From positions 619,409 through 683,408 of the forward strand of contig JAHDYR010000003.1 in assembly GCA_019828565.1 (NCBI GenBank): DNA of 64,000 nucleotides. The letters are read 5' to 3'. Each line of letters opens with the position of its first letter. Positions within the stretch are counted from its first letter, which is position 1. Both the position numbers and the translations under genes were made by a program. The DNA is from Carpediemonas membranifera BICM. Lineage: Eukaryota; Protista; Fornicata. Shown here in pieces: positions 12,501 to 24,300 of this stretch. Below the pieces are notes generated by a model, which worked only from the letters and a program-made list of their open reading frames with translations, was not told the origin of the DNA and searched no databases.

Positions 12501-15500
12501 GGCCCGCCGACGCCCTTCTCGAGGTCGGCACGCGCTTCATGCAGGACGTCTCCCTCACTGAGTCAGTCAAGGAGGCTATTGTCAAGGTGTTTGTCACCAT
12601 ACAGTCAAGCGTCCTCGAGATCTCGGCCCGGATGATGGAGGAACGCCGGCGTAAGAACTATGTCACGCCTACTAACTACCTCGAGCTGGTCAGCGGATAC
12701 AAGGAGATGCTCGACATGAAACGGAAGGAAATCGGGTCGCAGCACAAGAAGCTGCAGGGCGGCGTCCACAAGCTCGTCGAGACACGTGAGACTGTCGAGC
12801 GCATGTCGGTCGAGCTCGCTGAGAAGAAGGTTCTCGTCGCCAAGGCCCAGAAGGAGTGCGAGGAGCTTCTCGTAGTCATCGTCCAGGAGCGCCGTGTCGC
12901 CGATGAGCGGAACAAGCACGTCGCCGCTGAGAGCCAGAAGCTCGCCGTTGAAGAGGCCGAGCTGCAGGCCGTCGCCGATGACGCCCAGGCAGACCTCGAC
13001 AAGGCGATTCCCGCCCTCGAGGCCGCCGAGGAGGCGCTCAAGTCCCTCAACAAGAAGGACATCGCCGAGATCAAGGCCTTCGCCCGCCCCCCGCCCCTCG
13101 TCGAGAAGGTCCTCGCCGCCGTGATGATCCTGAGGAAATCCGAACCGACTTGGGCCGAGTCGAAGAAGCAAATCTCGGACCCCAACTTCCTGTCTGAGCT
13201 CATCAACTACCCCAAGGACAGCATCAGCGACGGTATGATCAAGAAACTGTCTAAGTACATCGCCGATAAGGAGTTCCAGCCGGACGTTGTCGGCAAGGTC
13301 TCGTTCGCGTCCAAGTCTCTCTGTCAGTGGGTCTTGGCCATGCAGACGTACGCACGCATCGCCAAGGTCGTCGCCCCCAAGAAGGCCGCCGTCGCTGCCG
13401 CCTCGGATGCCCTTGACTCCAAGAAGAAGGCCCTCAAGAAGGCTCAAGCTGAGCTCGAGGAGATCCAGGCAAAGCTCGCCGAGCTCAAGACGAAGTATGA
13501 CACCTCCGTCGGCGAGAAGGAGCGCCTCAGGGCAGAGAACGAGCAGCTCGAGATCAAGCTCGACCGTGCGGGCAAGCTTGTCGAGGGGCTGGCCGGCGAG
13601 AAGACGCGGTGGGAGAAGTCTATCGTCAAGCTCGAGGAGCAGCTCGTCAACCTGCCCGGCGATTGTGTCCTGGCGACGGCGTTCCTATCGTACTGCGGTC
13701 CCTTCAGCGGGGAGTACCGCGAGGATCTCGTCAAGAGGTCATGGGTGCCCGAGATCAAGCGGCTCGAGATACCCGTCTCAGACGACTTCAGTCTTGTGTC
13801 CTTCCTCGCATCCCCGTCGGACGTCCGCAACTGGCAGATCCAGGGGCTTCCCAGCGACGACTTCTCCACCGAGAACGGCCTCCTCATCACCACCGGCCGC
13901 CGCTGGCCTCTCATGATCGATCCGCAGCGGCAGGCCAACCGATTCATCAAGAACCTGTACCGGGACACCAACCTGAAGGTGGTCGACCTCAAGTCCGAAA
14001 CGTTCCTTCGAGATATCGTCAACAGCGTCAAGATGGGAACCCCCACGCTTCTCCAGGACGTCGGCGAGGAGCTCGACCCCGCACTTGATCCCCTGCTGAA
14101 CAAGAACGTCAAGAAGGAGGGCGGTCGCACGATTATCAAGATCGGCGACGAGGACGTCGACTTCAACCCCAACTTCAAGTTCTTCATCACGACAAGAATT
14201 GAGAACCCCGCCTACTCGCCTGAGATCAGCACTAAGGTCACCCTGGTGAACTTTACGATCCGGGAGGAGGGCCTCAAGAACCAACTGCTCGGCCTCGTCG
14301 TCCAGAAGGAGCGCCCCGACCTCGAGGAGCAGAAGAACTCCATCGTTGTCTCAATGGCCGCCATGACGAAGCGCGTCGAAGAGCTCGAGGACGTCATCCT
14401 CGGCCTCCTGTCGTCCGCTTCGGGCTCCCTGCTTGACGACGAGCAACTGGTGAACGCTCTGCAGTCATCCAAGGCCACGTCGGCCGAGATCCAGGAGCAG
14501 ATGCTCGTGTCCGAGAAGACCGAGAAGAAGATCGACAAGGCCCGCCAGGCGTACGAGCCCGCCGCCCGGAGAGCGGCGCAGCTGTTCTTCGTGCTGAACG
14601 ACATCGGGCAGGTCGACACAATGTACCAATTCGCCCTCGACGCCTACATCAAGCTGTACGCCATCAGCCTCCAGAACAGCCCTCGGGCAGACGACGTCGA
14701 GCAGCGCATCGAGAACCTCAACTCATTCCACACGTACGCAACGTACAGGTTCGCCTGCCGGGGTCTGTTCGAGCGGCATAAGCTTCTACTGGCCTTCCAG
14801 ATGTGCGTCAAGATCCTCCAGGGCTACGGCAAGATCGACCAAGAGGACTACCAGTTCTTCCTCAGGGGCGGCGTCGTCCTCGACAAGGAGGACCAGCCGC
14901 CGAACCCAGCGCCCGAGTGGCTCCCCAATAGCGTCTGGGACAACCTGACCGAGCTCGACAAGCTCGAGTCGTTCAAGAACATCCTGCCGCATGTGGAGCA
15001 GCACCTCGATCAGTGGAAGAAGTACTACACGGCCAACAGCCCTGAGACGACGCCCCTGCCCGGCGACTGGGACTCCCGGTCCGACGAGCTCAAGCGCATG
15101 GTCATCCTTCGCTGCCTCCGCCCCGACCGCGTGCTCTTCGCCGTCCGTTCGTTCATCGTGAACAACCTCGGCCAGCAGTTCACGGAGCCCCCGCCGTTCG
15201 ACCTGCAGGCGACGTACAACGACTCGACGCCCACCACGCCCCTAGTCTTCATCCTGTCTGCGGGTGTGGATCCCATGGCCCTGCTCAAGCAGTTCGCCGC
15301 CACCCGAAACATGACGGACAAGCTGTTCACGGTCTCCCTTGGCCAAGGTCAGGCGCCCATTGCCAAGCGCCTCATCGAGGAGGGTGCCCGCGACGGTAAC
15401 TGGGTACTCCTCAGCAAGTTTGTAACCCTCTCTCTTATTATTACACAGCTGCCATCTCTCGATCTCATGGCTCCCCGCCCTCGAGAAGATCATCGAGGAC

Positions 15501-17063
15501 CTCGCCACGAAGGAGGATCTCCACAAGGGCTTCCGTCTGTGGCTGTCGTCGGACCCCCACCCCAAGTTCCCCATCGGCATCCTCCAGGCCGCCGTGAAGA
15601 TGACGACCGAGGCCCCCAGCGGCCTCAGGGCCAACATCCTGCGACTCTACACGAACATGGGCACGGACGCCCTGGACCGGTGCAAGGCAGACCCCTCAAA
15701 GGACGCCGCGTACCGCAAGCTGCTGTTCTCCCTCTGCTACTTCCACTCGCTGCTCATTGAGAGGAAGAAGTTCCGCTCCCTGGGCTTTGCCGTCATGTAC
15801 GATTTTAACGACTCCGACTTCGACATCTGCGCCAACCTGCTTGGCCTCTACATCAACGAGTACACTGAGATCCCGTGGTCCGCGGTAAAATACCTCACCG
15901 CCGAGGCCAACTACGGCGGCCGGGTCACCGACGACTGGGACCGTAAGCTGCTCAATGTCTACATGGATCAGCTCTACAACGACGACGTCATCGAGCAGCA
16001 GAACTACCGACTGTCCTCTCTGACGACCTACTTCGTCCCCGAGCCCGGCAACCTCAAGACGTACAAGGAGTACATCCAGACGCTGCCCTCCGTGGATCAC
16101 CCCGAGGCCTTCGGACAGCACCCCAACGCAGATATCGCGTCCCAGATCGAGGAGACCAACATGCTGCTGAGCACTATCGTCTCGCTCCAGCCCCGCCTCG
16201 CCCAGAAGGGCGCCCGGTCTCGTGAGTCCATCATCCAGAGCATGTGCGTCGACCTGCTCGAGAAGATCCCCGAAGACCTCGTCGTCCGCCAGCAGGACAT
16301 CGACAACGCAACCGAGCTGACCCAGCCACTCGTCACCGTGCTGAGGCAGGAGGTCGACCGCTACAACTCCCTCCTCAGGGTAATGAGGGTGCACCTTAAG
16401 GACGTCCAGCTCGGTCTGGCCGGCCTCGTCGCCATGTCAGCTGAGCTCGAGAACGTCGCCACCTGTATGTTTGAGAACCGCGTGCCCGACCCATGGGGGT
16501 CAACTTTCAACTCGAAGCTGTCCCTTGCGCCATGGGTCATCGACCTCATCAACCGTGTCGCCCAGCTCGAGGAGTGGTCGAACAACGGCCCCCCGCCCGT
16601 GACTTGGGTCGGCGGACTCACCTTCCCGACGGCATTCTTCACCGCCCTCTTGCAGCAGGCCTCGCGTAAGCTGCACGTCGGAATCGACACCCTCGCGTGG
16701 CAGTTCACTGTGACAAAGACGGTCGAGTGGCAACGTGAGATCAAACGCTCGCCCGACATTGGCGAGGGTGCCTACATCAGCGGCCTCTACCTCGAGGGCG
16801 CCGCCTGGGATATTGACCGTGGCGTCATCCGCGAGAGCCAGCCCATGGAGCTGACGTGCCCTTTGCCTGTCGTCCACTTCAGGCCGGTGGAGGCCCGTAA
16901 GAAGAAGGTCGAGTCTGTGCACGAGACGCCCTGTTACTACTACCCCATCAGGACGGGAAGCAGGGAACGGCCGAGCTACATGCTCACGGTCGACCTCACC
17001 ACTGAGAAGCCGACCGAGCACTGGACAAAGCGCGGCGTGGCACTGCTGATGAACCTGGGTTGA
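3574..17063 (+). CDS. DNAH2: Axonemal dynein heavy chain, DNAH2/inner-arm I1-beta-like, 3 exons (introns 9607-9634 and 15418-15448)
   Basis: AAA1 GPAGTGKTE, WGCFDEFNR, FITMNPGYAGRTELPDNLK; further P-loops GNTGAGKS, GATGTGKT and GVGGSGRQS; C-terminal HWTKRGVALL. Removing the two GT..AG micro-introns restores LSKQCHYDFGLRA and WVLLSNCHL and joins three ORFs. Confidence 0.92.
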
Positions 17064-17599
17064 GATCATAAATGTGATATTGTGGGTGGATTACGTGCAG
17101 GGTCGGACTGCAGCGGCTGGAGCATTCGATCTCCCATATTGGGGGAAAACGAGATCATGCAAGTATTTATCATCGGATTCCTGGATCTGCGGGCCGAAAT
17201 CGACGGAGATTATCTCACGCGACGACGGCAAGCAATGGCTGGTGGTGATCTCGCACTCCAACATCAAGCGTCTTCGCTCGGGTGACCCGATCCAATTCAC
17301 TGGTCAGCGCAGGCTATAGAATGTTGCTTTTCGAGAAATTAGCTGCCCGAAGGGTCGATCAGTTCGTAGTCTTCAAATGCGGTGGGTCCCATTCTTCAGT
17401 GACCCAGACCTTGCGCATACGTTCTCTAAGAAAAAGGATGTGACAATAGCGGTGACCCTCACAACCATGTGGGGGGTGGGTGTGAGGCGGATGCCATTTC
17501 AAACGAATCCTACTAAGCTGGCCCGGCTGATTGTCACGGCGATGCTCAATAGTCTCATAACCTACTTTTATGGACAGGCCCGGACGGATGTTGTTGCCG

Positions 17600-18330
17600 A
17601 GCGTGGATTGGATGCAGACATCCTCGAATTCTGGCGATTTTGTGGAGTGCCACAACTTGGCAGCCTTGTCATCAGATCCAGAGAGCAGGGTCGACCCGCC
17701 CGGATAAAAAACTGTGTTCAAAAGATAGGCATTGTACCCAATTGGCATGACACCTGAGCGTCTTGAAGCACTCGCCGCTGCTGACCCTCCAGAGCTTCAT
17801 GGTGCGGTCAGACGTAAAGGCGAAAAGGGTCCTGCCGTCGAGTGAGAGGCGACGGTGTAAATCGAACTCGTGTTGCCCTTGAGGACGACGACACACTCCC
17901 AGGTCCTGGTGTCCCAGAGCTGACAGTGTTGTCGACGACCCAGTGGCCAGCAGAACGCCCGTCCTAGGAAAAGGCGAGACTGGCTTCATCTTCGGTGTGC
18001 CTCTTGAGCGTCTTTACGAATCTTCCAGGATTCTTCCACAGCTTAATCTTGCGGCCCCACCCACCGGGCTGATGGTCGACCCGACGGGAACAGCGACACA
18101 AAAAAAACGTCCATATTGCTCTGTCGTTTTTGTGCACACGCCGTGCTTGTCCCACAGCATGATCGTCCCATCGTCAGATCCAGTGACCATGGTGCCGTCA
18201 GAGAGGAAGGCGACGCTGGACACCCAGTTGGTGTGACCCATCGTCTGGATGCATTCAGTCATCCTCGCATTCCAGGCAGCGAGCAGATCGGCCGAAGCTA
18301 TCACGACTACCCAAGCCGACTAGTCGTTGC
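17600..18330 (-). pseudogene. Frameshift-riddled WD40-repeat gene remnant (boundaries approximate)
   Basis: WD40 fragments lie in different frames: GHTNWVSSVAFLSDGTMVTGSDDGTIMLWD; KIKLWK...KTLKRHTEDEASLAFS; SDRTMKLWRVSSGECFKTLRCHANWVQCLSF; PGGSTLLSGSDDKAAKLW. No micro-intron consensus is evident at the junctions. Confidence 0.75.
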
Positions 18331-18393
18331 ATCGCACCCTGCCCTTTGTTCAGCGACTCCGTCCAGTTTCTCGACATTTCACAACACGTTCCA

Positions 18394-21300
18394 ATGACAA
18401 ACGTTCCAGGCGATTCCGTCGAGCTGCTGGAACGATGGATTCTCTCTCGAGCAACACTTGATCGCGAGAATGACGCTCAACTCGCGAAAGTGCTCGAAAC
18501 AGTCCCACCAAATGAGCCGATGCACGCCTTCATCAGAATCCTGACCGAGCAACTGAAATCGGGCTCTAAGACCCAGTCTAGCAAGGAGAAGCAGCTGATG
18601 AAGGACGCTGTGGCGAAGTTCGGCCGTGATAATCCTCTCATCGTCATTCTCTCGCGGCGAAGACTGCTCCTCTCCTTCGACTCTGGCTCCCACGAGGACC
18701 AGGACGCGCTGCTTGCCCAGCTCACCAGCGACCTCCAGCTTGAGACACGAATGGCCGCCTTCAAGGAGCCCCTTGCCGCGAGGACGGACGCCCTCCCCTC
18801 TGCCGTCACAGCGCCAGCGCCCCTCGCCGCCTTCGAGGAGGAGCTGAAGAAGGACCCCGAGAACTGCGTCATATCCGACCTCGCGGCCAACTGGGTCTTG
18901 TCCGACGTCTCCAGGCTCAAGCTCCTCTCCCGTCGCAGAGTTGGCGTCCTGCTTGATTCGGCCCGCGATATAGCAACCGCACCACATGTGCTGGACGCTA
19001 TTGTCTATGCCAAGGGAGACAAGAAAGCAATGGGTGACTTCAACGTCGAGTCGAGCCTCTCGGTTGAGCAGCTCGAGGAGTACGCCCGGATGTGCCCGGA
19101 GGTGACCCACTTCGCCGCCTACCACCAGGCCATGTTGGCGTCCATGGCACCAGATGTTCCTACCGGGGGCGAGGACGCCTTTGCAGACGAGATTGAGTCG
19201 TATCACAACGAGATCTGGAGATACGCCGAATCTAAAATCCCAGCCCAACTCCAGGGGGTCAAGCTCGGTCTCCAGCTCGCAGTGCTCGGCTTCTTCGTCT
19301 CCAAGGGCAAGGAGGCCGAGCCCGCCGTCCTTGACAAGATCCACTCCCTCCTGACCACCACGGACCTCGCGCTGGACCTCTTCAATCCTCTCCAGAACGC
19401 CGGAAACAGCAGGCAGAGTCGCATTGAAGTCGACACCAACAGCATTAGTCTCCGGCTTCTGCCCCCCTTCAATCTCCGGCCCCTTGTTGTCACGCTCCTC
19501 ACTACCGCTGTGGTTCACAGAGGACCTGACACGTATCGCGCGAAGATTCGGTCCAGTGTAATTGACTCAATCGTGGCCGAGCAGGCCATCCTCACTGGCG
19601 GCGATGTGACCTCTGCCGCGGAGATTCTGGGCCACGCCAAGGTCCGCGAGATCACCACCAGGGTCGAGCTCGAGGTCAGGCCGATCCAGAGGTGGAGGCC
19701 GGGCGATGACGTCACACTCGAGGTCGATGTCAAGAACGTCCCGGAGTTGACGGTCAGAGTCTTTGAGATCAACGCCAAGGCCTACTACGCCTCGAGGAAG
19801 ACTGAACTCACAGCCGACGTCGGCCTCGAGGGATTCAAACCGAACTCAACCTCGTCCATCAAGTACTCGAACGCAGCGGCCATCAAGCATCGCGAGAGGG
19901 TCAGCGTCATTCCAAAGGCAGACAGGGGCAGCTACATCATCGAGCTGGTCGGCGGGGGTCTCTCGTGTCGCGTGCTCGCGGTCATAGGGCACTACCAGCT
20001 CGTCACGGCCCCATCGGTCCACGGCCTGGTTGCCACTGTCATTGACGAGACCGGCAAGGTTGTACATGACGCCATTGTCACTGTCGGCGGCCGAGAACTC
20101 GAGTCCGACTCCGGTGTGACTGTGATCCCCTTCACTACGAGTTCCGTCAGCGCCTCAACACCTGTGATCGCCCACACGAGGGACGGCCCCGCCTCTCTGA
20201 CACACTTGACTCTGCCAGTCGAGTCATATCATCTTTCCGGATCTTTCATGGTCCCCCACGGCGCCCTGCTCCCCGGTCACCGTGCCACAGCCCTGCCCTG
20301 CGTCTATCTGACCGTCAACGGCGTCCAGCAGCTGGCCTTGGATCAGATCAACCAGCCGACGATCCGCACCGTCTGCATCGACAGCGAGGGAACAGAGGCC
20401 GTCCGCGTGGTCAAGCCCGACTTATCCGACCCTGGCCTGGTCGTCGACCTGGCCGTCCCCCCGAACATGCGCTCCGTTGCCATCACCCTGGAGGGACGCA
20501 TCAAGGTCATATCGACCGGCAAGTGGCAGAATCTTACACTCACCACGAGTTACGACGTCGCCACGAACTCTGGGTCGACTGACGCGGTCCAGCCCTTCGT
20601 CCGAAAGGACAGCAGCCGCGGCTGGGTGGCTGCCCTCAAGGGCCTGAACGGCGAGGCTGTCGTCGGCGAGCGGGTCTCCGTTTTGATCACTTCATTTGTC
20701 GCCCCCGACTTCCACTGCGAGCTGCAGACGGACGAGCAGGGTGAGATCGCTCTGGGCGATCTAGCCTTGGTTAAGGACGCCACGATCTCATTCCCAACCC
20801 AGCGTGGGTCAGGCAAGTCTGCCTCGCTCACGTTCAACCCGAACCAGCGCCAGTGGATGCCCGAGGGTCTGGTCGTCGCCAAGGAGGGCGAAGATGTGGC
20901 CGTAGCCTTGTCCCAGGACTCCCTCGATGAGCTATCGTCTGTATTCATCGAGAGACTCCGCGAGGGCGTCGTTGTCCGCCGCATCCCCGTCGCCGTCGAG
21001 ACCCCCGCCAACACCGTCCTGACTGGCCTGACCGAGGGCTCTTATCGCCTCGTGGTCCGCACTCCGACGGCAGTCTACCACCGGGAGGTCAGAGTTGTCA
21101 AGGCAACCGCCACACTCCCTGGTGAGCGGGCCAGCGTGCTTGTTGGCCGCAGCCGTATCGTGGAAGAGACCCAGGATGATCTCGCAATCGAAATTTCCGC
21201 CGCCAGATCAGAAGATTCAATCAAGATTGAGGCTATCGCTGCTGGATTCACCGAATCTACCGTGATCCACGTCACGGTCGACCCCATTCTCCCCCGCTGG

Positions 21301-24300
21301 CTGCCCGAGACCCTCGTCCACCCCCACGTCCCAGCCCCGGCCCAGACGATGCCCGCCTACCCCATGGCCCAGGTCAGGAACGCCATGCCGCTGTCGAAGG
21401 AGACTCTTTATGTCCTCAACCGGCAAGCTCAGACGGCAAGGCACGGGGTGTCTCTACCACAGCCCGAGCTCCTCGTGGTGGAGAAGGAAGCTAAGGCCGA
21501 CGAGCCGCAGGACTTGAAGATGGCTGGGTTAGCTGAGACGAGGAAGCCAATAGCCAGAACTGCCCATCTCTCGCGAGAGGAGAAGCCTCGTGCGTTCGGC
21601 TTCGGCATCGGTCTGAACAGCAGACCTGGCCGGGCCGGGTCAGCCTCCGACGGGGTCCTTCCCGCCTCCTTTGCCGACCCCACCTCCGTCTCCTTCTTCG
21701 TGCCCGTCGGTGAGGACGGGTCCGCTTCCATCACCCTTCCCGCACCTCTCTCCCACGGCTGCGTAACTGCCATAGCTACCGACTCGGGCAGAGTCGCGAC
21801 TGCAAGGACTTGGGTTGACTCGACTCCAATCGCCCATGACACGCGATACACGACGCGATACAGTGCCGAGACCTCTCTCGTTGCCGGTCGGGACGCATCT
21901 CTGCTTGGTCCCGGGTATCTCAGCGAATACACCGTCCAGGACGCAGCGGGAGCCTCCACAGCGACTTACAGCAGTCTGGCCAAGGTCCACGCGCTCTTTA
22001 GCGCCCTGTCCGGCGACACCCGTCTGGATAAGTTCTCCTTCTTGCTGGACTGGGATTCAATGTCTGACGCCGCCAAGCTCGCCAAGTACAGCGAGTTCGC
22101 CTGCCACGAGCTGGCTTTCTTCATTTACATGAGGGACAGACCTCTGTTTAACCAGCATATATACCCGTTCCTGTGCTGCAAACTCGAGCCGACCTTCGTC
22201 GACCTCTTCCTCGTCGGGGCGGACCTCTTCCCCTTCCTCGCCCGTAAGAACACCCTCAACCACTTCGAGCTGATCCTCCTCGCCTGGTGGTGCAAGGACC
22301 ATGACCGGCAGGCCAGTGCGGACGCCATCATCGCGCAGGTCAGCCGGACTGGGCCCCAGTCTGTGTCGGCGAGTGACATCAACAGGGCCTTCAACTATGT
22401 ATTCACATCAACTGATGAAGACGAAGAGGAGGAGGAAGAAGAAGTAGAAAGTCCCCCCGAACCGAGCTTCCACTCCGAGGGCAGTGTGTCCGAGAGCGAC
22501 CTCAGCTCAGACGACGAGTGCGATGACACGCTCTTGAACTCGTTCGGCGCCGCCCCCGGCGGACGTGGCGGCGGTGACATATCCGAGCTGATGAGCTCCA
22601 TCACGGAGATGAGTCGGGCGAGCAAACTGTGTGATATGTCGATGAAGTGTGACCTCCTCATGGCCGATGAGGCGGAGTGCGAGAGATTTGCCGCTCCCAA
22701 GGGCAAGAGCAAGAAAATGGCGAGGTCAAGTATGAAGAATGATCGCGCCAAGCCCATGGCGCCAGCCAAGCGCGGGCGAGCGATGGGGAGCCCTGCTTTC
22801 AAGAACAAGGTGGCCCAGGCGAAGCAGCAGCAGGCACCGCTGTTCCGCCAGGTCGAGGCGACAAAGGAGTACGCTGAACACAACTTCTACCTGACAGACA
22901 ACAGTCCCGGCCTCGTCGCACCCTCGCTCTTCTGGTCCGACTGGGCCCGCCACATCATCGCCAAGGGGCCAGACGCGCCATTCCTCAGCAAACACGTCGC
23001 CCTCCCTGCCATGTACGGCACGGCCCCCATCAACGCCATGCTCCTCGCCCTCGCCGTCCTGGGCCTGCCGATCGAGCCCGCTGAGACGGTGGTCACCATG
23101 GAGCGGGTCGGGGGTGCGGTGAGGAAGACGGTTGCTGCGACAGGGCCGACCATCCTGTGGAGAAAGGAGGTCAAGGTCACCAAGGCCGAGCCTACAAGAG
23201 ACGATTTGATTATCTCATGGCGTATCACAGATCCTGCCGATATTCGCGACGAGAAACCGGCCACAGTCCCTACATGCGCATCTTTTGTCGCGGGGCACGT
23301 CTACTCCCTCGAGATCGTCGTCACCAACATCGCCCCCAGATCAGCCCACTTCGACCTCCTCTTCCAGCTCCCCAGCGGCACTATTCCTGTGGCCGACGGG
23401 TTGATCTCCAAGACGGAGCACGTGAGCATCGACCAGTATGCCTCGTACACCACCTCGACGGCCTTCTACTTCCCCCACCCCGGGGAGTTCGCCGCGGTCC
23501 CGCCACATACGTCCAAGGGCGACGAGCTTCTCGCGAGGGGCGCAACAATGTCGGCTTTGACAGTCGTTGACCAGTCAACCGAATCTGCCTCTTGGGGATT
23601 CATCGCGAGCCGCGGATCCCTCGAGGACGTCGTCAAGTTCCTGGGCACCTCAGACCTGCGTGGTGTGGACCTCACAGAGGTGTGCTGGCGCTGCAACGAC
23701 GCTGATGCGTTTGATTCAATCATCAGCGCTCTCTCTGCCCGCCGCGTTTACTGCGACGAGCTCTGGATGTACTCAGTGAAGCACAACCGCGCCCCCGCCC
23801 TGCGAGCCTTCCTTGCCCGGTCGCCCCTAGCATCCCCAGTCAGGCGCGGGGTCGGGGTTGAATTTACTAGCGGGCTGCTCTCAGTTTATGATGACTCGCC
23901 CGTCGTCTCCATCAAGCCTATCGTGCCCCCACGAGTCCACGTCGACCCGCAGGCTGCCATACCAGAGAGCATAGCACAGGCATACAGCGCGCTGCTTGCT
24001 AGACTGGTATACACGCCAAGACTAACGCCCACGGACCTGCTGCATCTAGCTTACTTCCTCATACTCGAAGGGAAGGTCGACCTTGCCGAGGAGGTCTACT
24101 CCAACGCCAGCAAGCAGTGGCGCAAGACACATAGAGACGCGCCTGACCTCATATTTGAGGGAAAGCCCGCTCCTGTGGCGTTCAAGTGCGACGTCAGCGG
24201 CGAGATCATCACCGGCAAGCGGTACGCGTCCCTCGTCGCCCCCGGCAAGGATGTCGCCAGGTCTCACCGCAAGGAGGGTGCTAGCGGCGCATCCATGCCC

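Noticed and set aside
4408-14190. Many long antisense or alternative-frame ORFs over dynein and other genes
   Set aside because: Expected shadow ORFs from high GC3 codon bias; no domain signatures.
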